A stretch of DNA of 64,000 nucleotides from Nitrosopumilaceae archaeon (GCA_965200155.1 CBDATR010000024.1:160001-224000), one strand, 5' to 3'. Shown: positions 1-10,587, numbered from the stretch's first letter. Made by a program: numbers and translations. Notes: generated by a model not told the origin, from the sequence alone.

Positions 1-26
1 TCCGGAAGAAAGACGTGAACTCATAC
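1..26 (-). mobile_element. Partial IS66-type MITE end at window edge
   Basis: TCCGGAAG..AGACGTGAACTCATAC matches the MITE terminus seen throughout the window. Confidence 0.8.
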
Positions 27-115
27 AATCCATTACTTTCATGGGCTTCCAAGTCTATTTGTATAATGTTCATTAGAGTAAATACATATTTCAATTTAAT
101 TACAAATAAATACGC

Positions 116-988
116 TCATTTACTATGAGATTTTTTCTCAATATATTCCATAATTCCGGTATAGTCTAAGTGACCGTAGCCTTCCTTTGTGGCTTTTTGG
201 TAGGTTTGCAAGGCCTCAGACAGCATGGGAAGATGTATCTTGGCATCTAGCATGGCATCCTGCATCGTTTCCAAATCCTTGGTCAAGTTCTCCAACATGA
301 ATGTGGCTGGATATCTGCCCTTGGCCATCTTGAGTGCCTTCCTTTTACTCATTCCTGTGCCAAAGTATGTTGAGTTAAGCACATCTAAAAATGTCTCTGG
401 TTCTACTCCCAAACCACGTACAATACACATACCTTCGGATAATGATAGTGCCAACATGGCTATCTGCAAGTTCATGGCCAGCTTTACAGAATGCGCAGAT
501 CCCGCGTGACCTAGATAATGTTGTTTTATAGTCAGTGATGATAATATTTCATTTATCTGTTGATATGTTTCCCACTTCCCGCCTATCATTGCTACCAGCC
601 GTCCTTCAGCTACGGCATCAGGACCCCCCATTACGGGAACATCTAGCCAATCTATTCCGTGATTAAAAAATTGCTGATGTATTTTACGTGATTGGGCAGG
701 AAGTATGGTGCTCATATCCGCCACTATCATTCCTGCATGCATACCTTGTACCAGACCATTATCCCCAAAGGATATGGAACGTACAGCTGCAGCGTCCCGC
801 ACTACTGTAAACACAACACTGCTTGTCCTTGCAAGCTCTCGCGGCGTATCTACCACCATACCGCCCGCTTCCTGTACTGAATCTGTCTTTGATTTGGTCC
901 TGTTGTATACTGTGACGTCATGTCCTGTTTGTATGAGACGAAGCGCAACAGCTTTTCCCAGCATGCCTGTGCCTGCTATGCCTATCAT
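116..988 (-). CDS. NAD(P)-dependent oxidoreductase, 3-hydroxyisobutyrate dehydrogenase / tartronate semialdehyde reductase family
   Basis: GIAGTGMLG Rossmann motif, VYNRT, DVPVMGG, catalytic K in SVKLAMN, KDL. Confidence 0.9.
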   Translation of the reverse strand: MIGIAGTGMLGKAVALRLIQTGHDVTVYNRTKSKTDSVQEAGGMVVDTPRELARTSSVVFTVVRDAAAVRSISFGDNGLVQGMHAGMIVADMSTILPAQSRKIHQQFFNHGIDWLDVPVMGGPDAVAEGRLVAMIGGKWETYQQINEILSSLTIKQHYLGHAGSAHSVKLAMNLQIAMLALSLSEGMCIVRGLGVEPETFLDVLNSTYFGTGMSKRKALKMAKGRYPATFMLENLTKDLETMQDAMLDAKIHLPMLSEALQTYQKATKEGYGHLDYTGIMEYIEKKSHSK

Positions 989-1359
989 ATTCTTTCCTCT
1001 CCTTTTAGCTTCCAGAAGCCACCAAACAGTGGGGCCTCGAACTCCAAGTGACCAAGTGTTTGCTCTCCTCGTCGCACTATTGCGTAGTCAAACTTCGACA
1101 TGCGAAATACCCGCTCTCGTGGCTTGTAACCACCCTCTATCACCTTGACCTTAAACCTCTTGCTGGCGCGTATTACCATCTTACGAGCAGCCTGTACATC
1201 ACCCATCCACGAAAACATCTCAAACTCTCCAAAATTCTTTGTGGATACGATATGGCCATACAACCTTGCCTCCAGTCTGCCTGTTGATTGACGATTTAAC
1301 CATTCCACTACCTTCTGGCCACTTCCAAGTTCTGTACCAAATGTCTCCGAATCGCGCAT
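985..1359 (-). CDS. Conserved hypothetical protein
   Basis: 124-aa ORF with 4-bp overlap to the downstream gene, operon-like. Confidence 0.7.
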   Translation of the reverse strand: MRDSETFGTELGSGQKVVEWLNRQSTGRLEARLYGHIVSTKNFGEFEMFSWMGDVQAARKMVIRASKRFKVKVIEGGYKPRERVFRMSKFDYAIVRRGEQTLGHLEFEAPLFGGFWKLKGEERI

Positions 1360-1397
1360 TAAATATTATAGTTATTATGCCACAAATAATTATTCGC

Positions 1398-2255
1398 TTA
1401 AATTTTGCACTTCATAATCATATAGTCAATAACATTGTGTTCTGATGCCCACTTCATGTCTTGCAGGGATCTATACAGTATCCATTCTACATAACCCGGA
1501 TATTGTGACAGTATGCGCTGTCTTATGTAATGCCTGTGTTTCATGTAATATGCTGCCAATGGCTCATACACCTGACTTCCCACCATGTTCTCATATATTA
1601 TCTTGAATCCTGCTGATCTCATGGACTGCCGCACTGTACTGGAATCATATCTCTCTGATGACCATGTCAAATACAGTGTCCGTAGCTTGGATACGGTGTA
1701 ATTACCGCCTATGATGGGTATGAACAGACATGCCATACCGCCAGACTTTAAGATTCGGGCAGATTCAGTTGCAAATGAACTTAATGGATAAAAATGCTGT
1801 GCTGATTCCAAAGCCAGCACTACATCCACACTGTGTGATGCTAGGGGGATATTCATTGCGCTACCATTCACCATATCGGTGCCAGACCTGGAATTACTCA
1901 GAGTACGATAATTCACATCCACACATGTAACATGAAGATCCGGCACACGTTCACGCCATATGCGGGCCGGATCTGCAAAACCACAACCCACATCTGCCAC
2001 CTTCATGTTATTGTGTAGTTCCGCCACGCGCTCTGCATATGTTGCCATGTTGTGTTGAGCAGCTAGCGGATCATTGCACTTGTTATCCCACAATCCAAAA
2101 TTAAGGCTGGTTCCACCTGTTGCAAGGCACATTATTCCGGAGAGTTCGTTGTACAATCGTACAATATCCTGTGGTTTACGCCTGAATGTCCACAGCAGTA
2201 TGTCTTTTGGATGGATGATCATACCATCAGGGCAGCTCGTCGGCATCTTCTGCAC
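1398..2255 (-). CDS. Class I SAM-dependent methyltransferase (true start may be slightly downstream at MIIHP)
   Basis: LNFGLW, VADVGCGFAD motif I, ALESAQHF, ILKSGG. Confidence 0.85.
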   Translation of the reverse strand: MQKMPTSCPDGMIIHPKDILLWTFRRKPQDIVRLYNELSGIMCLATGGTSLNFGLWDNKCNDPLAAQHNMATYAERVAELHNNMKVADVGCGFADPARIWRERVPDLHVTCVDVNYRTLSNSRSGTDMVNGSAMNIPLASHSVDVVLALESAQHFYPLSSFATESARILKSGGMACLFIPIIGGNYTVSKLRTLYLTWSSERYDSSTVRQSMRSAGFKIIYENMVGSQVYEPLAAYYMKHRHYIRQRILSQYPGYVEWILYRSLQDMKWASEHNVIDYMIMKCKI

Positions 2256-2358
2256 AATACTTGTGCACCCATATGCCCGCAGCGTTCTTGGATATCTCCC
2301 TGCCCACTTTTATCATATCTCCACAAGCACTACATTTTGTTGCAAAGCGCGCTTTCAT
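2227..2358 (-). CDS. Small zinc-binding protein
   Basis: MKARFATKCSACG..WVHKYC (CxxC...HxxC); ATG at 2358 preferred over the longer ORF call. Confidence 0.6.
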   Translation of the reverse strand: MKARFATKCSACGDMIKVGREISKNAAGIWVHKYCAEDADELP

Positions 2359-2690
2359 GAGTGTATGCTGGCGGATACGTATTTGTGTCTTGTTGCCAAT
2401 ATTGTCAGATGTTGTGTAGATGACTTTGATATAATCAAAGTCTCTGCCGTACCATGGGTCGTCACCGTGCCCATCCACTCATTGTACTTTGCCATCCCCA
2501 ATTTGATTTCCGGTACTGGAGATTATGCACATAGGTAGGGAATACTCGATAGTGATGGACTTTGCGCGTGATCATTTTTAACTTAGCTATTTTACAAGCC
2601 TATTTGCATAATATACTACGATTGTTATATAAGAATGGATAAAAATGCACAAACCGTATCTTACAGATACGATTTTTATCTATTTTATTG

Positions 2691-2780
2691 AGTTATGCAA
2701 CAAACTTGTATATCTTCACATGTGTCCAAATTTACGCACGATCAATAGTAGCAGTTTATACAAATACGTGAACTTGTACT
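2691..2780. mobile_element. Solo IS5 (IS903-like) terminal repeat followed by a decayed MITE copy
   Basis: AGTTATGCAACAAACT identical to 59318-59333, then GTAT..TTCACATGTGTCCAAATTTACGCAC...ACGTGAACTTGTAC resembling the MITE. Confidence 0.55.
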
Positions 2781-2790
2781 ATGTCCTGGT

Positions 2791-4065
2791 TCAAAGTTGT
2801 GGTATGTTATACTTGACGTTATATCTTACTCCGGTGAGGCTGTATAACACCTTTTGAATACTGGCTATCTCAATTGGTATGGCATTAGCTGCAGACTGAG
2901 CCGCGTTCTTTGCATCTTCAATTCTTCTCTTTGTGTTCTCCATGTCATTCTGGAGTAAATGTAACCTGTCCTGTAATCGTTCTATACGATCTGGGTCTGA
3001 CTCCTGTATCTGCTTATGTACGCCTCTGATGAGTTCATCTACATCGTACGCTCGACTCACAAAGTCCGGTATACTCTTCTGTGTCTGTATTATGGCAGCC
3101 TCTGCCTTATCCACATCCTTGACAGATATGGATTCTGTTGCTACTGCCTTGCGTATGACTTCCAATAATGTAAGTACATCTTCCTGTTCCCCCTTGGTCA
3201 TGGTGCCATATGGATTCTGTATTACTCTACGAAGCAGGGCGCTCTGAACTTTGTCGGCAGATACATGAACGTAACGATCCAGTGGCCTTGATATCTTTGT
3301 GAACTGGGTCGCCACTTCTGATATTAACAAATCCCTGTCATTCTTGCCCATATCAAGGGTTTTTTGTAGATCCTGTAACTTGGCATATTCTATAGATGAT
3401 TTGAAAGTGTCAATGGCACCCATAGCCTTGGATATCTCCTGTGTTATTTCCTCTAGTTTGGCAGCAGTCTGGGTCTGCCTATTGTAGTTATCTCGGACTG
3501 ATTCCTCAAGTATATGGATTGATTTGACACCCTCGACTACACCTAGCGCCAGGGACTCATCCGCTTGATACTGGACGATCCGTTTGGATATGGCCTTCCG
3601 GTTAGCGTCCATCTCTTCAAGTATCTGTTTTAGGCGCGTGGCATATTTTTCTGCGAACGCGTGTATAATTCGAGTCTGTTTGCCCAATATGTTGCCCATC
3701 TTTTTGAGATGGTGTTCCAGTTCGCCGTTGGCCCGTATCATGTCATCATAGTTGTGGATGGGCTTGATCTCTATGGCATTGTTACGCAGGGTCTCCACCA
3801 ACATCTTTTTGCCTTTGACTACCAAAGGGCGTATGCGTTTGTCTACCTCTTCTATCATTACTTTGTCACGATCTAAGTCATGGTGTATCTTTACGAGCTC
3901 CCGGATGGAATCGTTGGTATTATGTAGCGCAGTAGATGCCGCCTGTACCGCGGACTCTTCTCTTCTCTGGCGAGCCTCCTGGGCCACTCTTGGCGCATCA
4001 TCTAAATTTACTACTCTTGTCTCTGTCACGGGCTTCTGAGGCTTTTTCTTACTCCATCCAAACAT
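2791..4065 (-). CDS. Conserved coiled-coil protein
   Basis: 424-aa helical, heptad-rich ORF; no NTPase motif seen. Confidence 0.75.
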   Translation of the reverse strand: MFGWSKKKPQKPVTETRVVNLDDAPRVAQEARQRREESAVQAASTALHNTNDSIRELVKIHHDLDRDKVMIEEVDKRIRPLVVKGKKMLVETLRNNAIEIKPIHNYDDMIRANGELEHHLKKMGNILGKQTRIIHAFAEKYATRLKQILEEMDANRKAISKRIVQYQADESLALGVVEGVKSIHILEESVRDNYNRQTQTAAKLEEITQEISKAMGAIDTFKSSIEYAKLQDLQKTLDMGKNDRDLLISEVATQFTKISRPLDRYVHVSADKVQSALLRRVIQNPYGTMTKGEQEDVLTLLEVIRKAVATESISVKDVDKAEAAIIQTQKSIPDFVSRAYDVDELIRGVHKQIQESDPDRIERLQDRLHLLQNDMENTKRRIEDAKNAAQSAANAIPIEIASIQKVLYSLTGVRYNVKYNIPQL

Positions 4066-4294
4066 TGTATTGTAGTATGCACAATGTATCTAAAACATTT
4101 GCCATTCAATGGTTTGCGCCCCTCAAACTGAGACTCGCATGATGACCAACATTGGGCAGTAGTATTAAAATCGGAAACGCCACTCTTGGTGACATTCATC
4201 CATGACTCCGAATACATCCGGTGGGGGAGTCTGGGATTTCAACATGTTCCAGAATAGGAGCGCGAACTCAGAAAGACCAACCGCTGTAAGATGG

Positions 4295-5031
4295 TAGGAG
4301 TTCATATGTAGTGGACAAATACCTGAACGGTTACCAGGGCGCGATAGTCACAGACAGGTACGTTGTGTATTGCCGGTTTGATGACGGTGGGAAGCACCAG
4401 TTGTGTTGGGCGCATTTATTGCGCGATACCAGTATATTACATGCAGGATTCTCTATTGATCCCGGTGATCAGGACGCCCGGATCAAACTTGACAACGATT
4501 TGAAAGAATTGTTCCGGAGCGCACGTGAATCCCTGAATCGCTGCGGGCCGTCCGCGCAATTACGACACTCATTTGAGGCAGGAGCAGATGCATCAGTATT
4601 GTGATGTTGATGATACTGAACTGCAAAAGAAGGTAAAAGGATTGAATAAGGCCATACCAGGCATGTTCGTATTCCTAGAATATGACAGTGTGGAGCCCAC
4701 CAACAATCCAGCGGAGCAGTGGAACCGGTTCTGATACGCAGTGGTATTCCGTAAGATTAGTGGCCAGATAAAGGGTGTGAAAGGGCCATGCGCCGCATGT
4801 CCATATGTGTTCAGACATGGCGGGCTCAGGGCCTTTCTGTAATGAACGAGTACGAGTTCACGTCTTCCGGAATCTTGTGCACAAATCACATTAACTGTCG
4901 CGATCAGTTATGCGTAAATTTAGACACAGGTGAACTCATACATGAACGAGGTTGCTGCCAGAATGCAATTATAATTGAAAAACTGGGATGTATTCTATCT
5001 TATTATGTGATCAAAACACGTGAACTCATAC
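4295..5031 (+). mobile_element. IS66-family (ISBst12-like) 3' remnant, transposase pseudogene
   Basis: IVTDRY, QLCWAHLLRD, PTNNPAE motifs with stops/frameshifts; right end GATCAAAACACGTGAACTCATAC. Confidence 0.85.
4850..4941 (+). mobile_element. MITE inserted in IS66 remnant
   Basis: TIRs; 8-bp TSD ATGAACGA. Confidence 0.95.
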
Positions 5032-5047
5032 GTAAGATGAGTCCACT

Positions 5048-5707
5048 TTATCCATACACTGCAAGTACCATTGCATGATCCTTGTGATATGGCATGAGTT
5101 CTACGCTTTGCAGTACTTGGAACCCCTTAAGCTTTGACGCTTCCTCCTCGAATATGGCCCTTGGGCTGCGTACCATGTTTATGCTGCGCGCCTTTATCAC
5201 CAAAAATAGGTATCCACCCTTTTTGAGGTATCTTTTACAGTTTGTAATCGCAATGTTGGTTTGATCTGGCTGGGCAATATCGCAGTATACGACATCTACA
5301 TGCCCGAATACGGAAAAGTATTCTGATGGTCTTCTGGCATTCTGTAATACCGGAATTACGTTACTTCGATAATTTGCCACCCTATCCAGTAGATCCCGTG
5401 CCACCCTGCTTGCATGTTCCACTGCAAAGACCACACCGCCTGTTCCTACCATGTCTGATACATGACTCACGGTTGTACCGGTAGATGCGCCCAGATACAA
5501 TACTCGTGAGCCATACACTATGGGGATCTCGTTTATTCCGTTAAGTATGGATGATGCCAGCTTGCTCCGGTAGGGATCCCATATCCGGTACTGTATCTTT
5601 TTGTGTTTAACCAGCTTCTCTTTGTATACGCGCACATCTGGAACTAGATTCTCAGTGGCAAGCCTCTCCTCTCCTTCGAACCGTACAGTGATGTAGTTAG
5701 CGATCAA
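5048..5707 (-). CDS. flpA: Fibrillarin-like rRNA/tRNA 2'-O-methyltransferase
   Basis: YRIWDPYRSKL, VLYLGASTGTTVSHVSD, DIAQPDQ. Confidence 0.97.
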   Translation of the reverse strand: MIANYITVRFEGEERLATENLVPDVRVYKEKLVKHKKIQYRIWDPYRSKLASSILNGINEIPIVYGSRVLYLGASTGTTVSHVSDMVGTGGVVFAVEHASRVARDLLDRVANYRSNVIPVLQNARRPSEYFSVFGHVDVVYCDIAQPDQTNIAITNCKRYLKKGGYLFLVIKARSINMVRSPRAIFEEEASKLKGFQVLQSVELMPYHKDHAMVLAVYG

Positions 5708-6968
5708 ATCTTCTCTTTCGCTTTACATTTTTACTGCGACGGCGAGTCTTATCATGCTTTGGTACACGGGAATGGTCTCCCTTAGATGATCTGAAGTCTC
5801 GCTGTCTGCCGATTTTAGTTTTTCTTGTGGGAAGATCCTGTTGTGGTTTTACAGGGGCTTCTTTGTATTTGTCTGCTATCTCAATAACCCTGACGTTCAA
5901 CCTCTCCAGTAACGTCTCGTTAAGCACCGGGTTATGCAGATCCATCCTTGCAGCTATGACTGTCTTGGATGCCACAGCTCTGGCTATCTTGCCTCTCTGC
6001 CATCGGGGCGCGCCGTGAACTAGGGGATGTTGGAACAGCAATCCATGTTTCGGGGGCCGGGAGCCTGTCTTTAGCGAGTGGAATAATGCCTTCTCGGCTC
6101 CAAGGACTTGAATGGTACTGGCGGCCTTGGATGCAAGTTTGTTAAGACTGCCTGCCCTGGCCAATAACCGGGCGCCCAATCCGGCACCGGTTATGATGGT
6201 GAGATTGGGTGCTGCACGTTTCATCTGTGACTCTACATGCTCATCCAAGGATTGCCGGGTCTTATACAGAGACAGCGTATCTCTTGCCATGGCCTGTGTA
6301 CACTCCAAGTCTTCATCAGTTATCTCCCCGCCACGGCTGGTTTTGGCCACAAGACTTAGCATATCCGCCTTGGATTCTGGAAAACCCATCTTTACGAATG
6401 CGTCCATGTCTAGGCCGTTCCGTCTTCCGGCCAGGACCACATTACAATAGCCTGCCATACTATCCACAAGGTTCTCCAGTTCCGGAAAGTGTAAACCGTA
6501 CCATTCCCGGAGTCTGCCAAACATTGAGTTAGATATACGATCTGTTTCATCTAGGGAATTTATTGCCTGTATGATATGCAGATCCAGCGTTCCGGATATC
6601 TGGGCCACTCTGGATGAGGAGAGATCCAGAGCAAAACTGCGGAGTTTGCCTAGCGCGTCATGTTCGTTGGACACAAATCCGGCGGTTACCAGAAGGGAAA
6701 TTTTGGAGTCCTGTATTTCATTAAGCCTGTCATCATTCATCATCTTCGCAACAACAGAGTTCCGGTTCAGTATGGAAAGAAGACCCTCGTCATTGGTCTC
6801 GACATCGGAGATATCCTCTGCCATGGGCGCAACCAGATCATGTAGGCGGGCTTTGCCCGATCGTACGTCCAAGTATTCCTTGGCATGTTCTGTAAATGGA
6901 TGCGATCTTGTGTATTCCCCGTCCTTCATAGTCATGACGCCAAGCTCTGTTAGTATAACCTCGTACAT
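5697..6968 (-). CDS. nop5: Box C/D RNP protein Nop5 (NOP56/58); start taken at MYEVIL
   Basis: RLREWYGLHFPEL, STIQVLGAEKALF, PPKHGLLFQHP; adjacent to fibrillarin. Confidence 0.95.
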   Translation of the reverse strand: MYEVILTELGVMTMKDGEYTRSHPFTEHAKEYLDVRSGKARLHDLVAPMAEDISDVETNDEGLLSILNRNSVVAKMMNDDRLNEIQDSKISLLVTAGFVSNEHDALGKLRSFALDLSSSRVAQISGTLDLHIIQAINSLDETDRISNSMFGRLREWYGLHFPELENLVDSMAGYCNVVLAGRRNGLDMDAFVKMGFPESKADMLSLVAKTSRGGEITDEDLECTQAMARDTLSLYKTRQSLDEHVESQMKRAAPNLTIITGAGLGARLLARAGSLNKLASKAASTIQVLGAEKALFHSLKTGSRPPKHGLLFQHPLVHGAPRWQRGKIARAVASKTVIAARMDLHNPVLNETLLERLNVRVIEIADKYKEAPVKPQQDLPTRKTKIGRQRDFRSSKGDHSRVPKHDKTRRRSKNVKRKRRFDR

Positions 6969-7158
6969 ATCGTTGGTCGGCACATTCACCTTTAAAAACG
7001 ATATACATTTCATGAAACGTAACCGTTTAGATCGCAAAAGTTTGGGTACGAGTTTGCAGGGATCATTGATGATAAGGGTATATTGTTCAGTTTTAGAATA
7101 CGTTAGTCTAGGTTCTGGCCGCCCGGATTAGAATCACGCCTGGAATTACCTAAACGGT

Positions 7159-7250
7159 GTATGAGTTCACCTGTGTCTAAATTTACGTATAACTGATCGC
7201 GACAGTTAATGTGATTTGTGCATAAAATTCCGGAAGACGTGAACTCATAC
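7159..7250 (-). mobile_element. MITE
   Basis: TIRs GTATGAGTTCAC/GTGAACTCATAC; 7-bp duplication AAACGGT. Confidence 0.95.
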
Positions 7251-7371
7251 AAACGGTTACTCATGGAACGAGTTTGTGTCTTTGAAACACTAGGGAATTG
7301 ACACATAAACCTGTACTTTATGGTAATATTACATAATGGCGCATCGCCTGGGTGCACATGTACAAGTTGCT

Positions 7372-8028
7372 TTACGTAACCTTGTTCGTCTCGTTATCTA
7401 TGATCATGCGCTCATCTCCTGCTATACGACACGCGGTATACCAGCTTCTTCTAGCAAAATCTGGAAACATGCCGGTGGTGTGATATATCTGGGCTACACA
7501 ATCCGCTGCCCTGGAATCGCTGGGATAGCCGCTTCCCACATGATGTGTGCGCCGTATACTTGATATGGATTTGTCTCTGGACACTTTGGCTAAAATGGAT
7601 GCTGCAGCCACTACCGTAAACTGTGAGTCTGCCTTGGTATATGCTCGTACGCGTTTGTCTCCGGCCAGTCTGGATAAACGCCTCTCAAAGAGCGAAGCAT
7701 CCGCATAACACGAGTCCACGTAGTATATGTCCGCGAATATGTGTGCCATTATGGCCGCCATGCGCTCCATCTCCAGATCCGCCAAACCATGGAACAGCAC
7801 ACTGTTGTCGATTGTACGGGGGCGCACCCGCTTTATGACGTACCCTGTAGCAACATTTAGTATTGTATCGTACAGGCGCATCCGGGTTCGTGGACTCAGT
7901 ACCTTGGAATCCCGTACCCCTTCTTCATATAGATATGGTAAGGACGTCTCCTCTATTGCAACGCCGGCTATTACCAATGGGCCTATGAAGGAGCCACGAC
8001 CAGCTTCGTCGATCCCGCATGCAATCAC
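7372..8028 (-). CDS. rnhB: Ribonuclease HII
   Basis: GIDEAGRG, VRDSK, KAD, AAASILAKV, GSGYPSD. Confidence 0.96.
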   Translation of the reverse strand: MIACGIDEAGRGSFIGPLVIAGVAIEETSLPYLYEEGVRDSKVLSPRTRMRLYDTILNVATGYVIKRVRPRTIDNSVLFHGLADLEMERMAAIMAHIFADIYYVDSCYADASLFERRLSRLAGDKRVRAYTKADSQFTVVAAASILAKVSRDKSISSIRRTHHVGSGYPSDSRAADCVAQIYHTTGMFPDFARRSWYTACRIAGDERMIIDNETNKVT

Positions 8029-8210
8029 ACCCTACACCGATCCACTCATTCTTCGTGGTTCTCATAAGTCTTATCATGTGTTATTATCGGCGTATTACAC
8101 AAAAATTAGTTCCGGCGCAAACCACGATAATTTTTACGAGGCGTAGCAATGGCGTGGTGGATACGCGAATCTATGGAGGCGCGGCTATAGTTTAGAGCCT
8201 TTATGTCTGG

Positions 8211-9774
8211 TATAGCGCCCACCATAAGTCTTTGCCGGGTATAGGACCGTACTTATATAGAACCACTACTAGAGTAGAATCACCAGATGATGGATGACAT
8301 AATTCAGACCGTCATTATACCGTTGAAAAATAATAGGGAATTCTTCCGGCGCGCCGAGATGTTTGGTTACACATCCGATTACGTGTATAACAGGGCGGTA
8401 TCCGAGATCACGCTGGGCGATTACTACACATCCGGAACCACTCTTGAATTGAAGCATGATCCGGCCAAGGTCAAGAATAAGAACGAGTCCGCCAAGTCAC
8501 CATATGGCCTAAAGAAGGTGACTCATTATACGTGAATCAGCTACCACGTTCTAGAACGGTTATCAAGAGACGGTTTACCCGTCCAACAAGAATGGTTTGT
8601 TCCTGGAATTGACAAAGTGGCACCGTGATCTGGAGTGGGTGCGCGAGTTACCAGCTAACTATGGACGGGGTGCCATACTACAGGCGTCTGTCGCGTGCAG
8701 ACGGGCGTACAAGGATCATTCTAATTACATACCACACCGGCGCGACAATAATAGAGTAATGTGTGAGTCCACCAATAAGGCGTGGTTCTCGCGAACTATA
8801 CCGTATGAGTTCACCTGTGTCTAAATTTATGCATAACTGATCGCGACAGTTAATGTGATTTGTGCATAAGATTCCGGAAGACGTGAACTCATACACTATA
8901 CCTGCCGGGTATTGGTGTGGTGAGAACAACCAAACCAATCGATCATTCCCGGGACATGCACTCATTCAAGATAGTGGAACGAGTAACCAATAGTAGGGAG
9001 CGTCAATTCGAGATTCACATCAATATACGGGAGAAACCACCGACCGACCGGCGTTGCTCGCGGCGCGGATGTCGGCGGGAAACATCTAGCTGTAACAGTT
9101 GACACGAATGGTAGAACGATAATTCACAACACGAGACATCGTTCCATATTGCGGGAGATTAGCGCACTCCAGAGTATTAGAACGCGAAAGGGTAAGCGCA
9201 GGAAGCGAAAGATTGAGAAACAAATCACTCAATTACGACAGAAAGCGAATAATATCGCGAACGACTCCACGAATAGAGTAGTCCACACGGTCACCAAAGG
9301 TGTGGACAAGGTAATACTAGAGGATTTATAGCCGAAATCAATGACCAGTCATGGCGGGAACCGGAAAAGAGCAATGAACCGCCCCATGCGCGAGAACCGG
9401 GTAGGCGAGTTCTGCCGGAGAGTGGGGCAAAAGTGCGAGGCACTGGGGATTGAATTGGTGGCCGTGCCAGCGAAATACACGAGGGGCGGTTTACCCGTCC
9501 AACGAGCCAGACCTGTCACGTGTGTGGACACGTTGACGACAAATCACGATCAACTAGGGACACATTCAATATGTAACCAGGAATTTCACGCCGATATCAA
9601 CGCGGCGTTTAGTGACCGGTTTCCCTGTATGGGGCGGCAGAGCGTGTCGTCCGGGGGGGAACCGTTCCCCGCCCAACCGGAGGCGTCAGGGCGGGAATAA
9701 TGGTGACAAGCCAAAGCCATGTACTGTCCAGGAACGAGGTGCCATGTTCTCAAAGACTTATGGTAGCCGCTATA
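8211..9774 (+). mobile_element. tnpB: TIR-bounded TnpB-only element, copy A (tnpB pseudogene)
   Basis: RuvC-I GADVGGKHLAV, RuvC-II ILEDL, Zn-finger QTCHVCG, RuvC-III HADINAA across frameshifts; ends TATAGCGCCCACCATAAGTCTTTG / CAAAGACTTATGGTAGCCGCTATA. Confidence 0.88.
8803..8894 (-). mobile_element. MITE inserted in tnpB
   Basis: 8-bp TSD ACTATACC. Confidence 0.95.
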
Positions 9775-9893
9775 ACGGCGCCCGGAGTGCAGTACATGTA
9801 GATATTAGATCTGATCATGGGGCTCCTGGACGGACGCAAACTCTTGCATTATTCTCACATACCCGCGTATGCAAGAACACCAGCCCAAATTTA

Positions 9894-9985
9894 GTATGAG
9901 TTCACCTGTGTCTAAATTTACGCATAACTGATCGCGACAGTTAATGTGATTTGTGTATAAGATTCCGGAAGACGTGAACTCATAC
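9894..9985 (-). mobile_element. MITE
   Basis: 8-bp TSD CAAATTTA. Confidence 0.95.
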
Positions 9986-10367
9986 CAAATTTACGTACAA
10001 CTGATATCGGTGAATATGAAATGATTACGGGCAAGTGTTCAAACGTGGTACCTTATAAAACAAGGTAGTACGGTAATTTTATAAATAGGTACCAGTTATT
10101 ACATTCATGAGAAGTAGAAGTGGTTCCCGAGCCTTCTTGATATATATGCACAAGCCGGTTGTGGCATCAACTGCTACAGAGTTGAGTTGCTGCCGATGCC
10201 ACCGTGGCATAGATGATGGGGTGGCCGTATCTGCCAGGAATATGCCAACAGGGGAAGTTCAGTTTTTCTGTGACATGCATTGTCCCTGATGGCGTATCCC
10301 CATCAATTATTTACGCGCATTACCCCCACTGCAAAAGTAAAACAATACCGGAGAGCGCTCTTTTCGT

Positions 10368-10532
10368 CTAGTCTATGGTATCCTGAGAACGCGATTCTTC
10401 TAAGTACGCCCGCCGCATCTCGTTTATCTTGTCTTTGTCCACTTGTGGCTCATCCTCCACAACCACTATTCCGTCATCATCCTCTACAGTATCGGAGTTT
10501 CTGGATGCGCGCTTACTGTTGGTGTATGCCAA
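10368..10532 (-). CDS. Possible small acidic protein (54 aa)
   Basis: TTG-start ORF below the track cutoff: AYTNSKRASRNSDTVEDDDGIVVVEDEPQVDKDKINEMRRAYLEESRSQDTID. Confidence 0.4.
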   Translation of the reverse strand: MAYTNSKRASRNSDTVEDDDGIVVVEDEPQVDKDKINEMRRAYLEESRSQDTID

Positions 10533-10587
10533 TTTTTAACCGAAAATAACAATGTGTAAATAAATATTGCGATTAAGAGGTTTATGC

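Noticed and set aside
4788-5078. ORFs containing YEFTSSGILCTNHINCRDQL..NLDTGELI (also 7103, 8678, 13435, 27366, tail of 29542)
   Set aside because: Read-through of the MITE, not a protein family
7110-7150. tRNA-like GCCGCCCGGATTAGAATC
   Set aside because: No cloverleaf could be built
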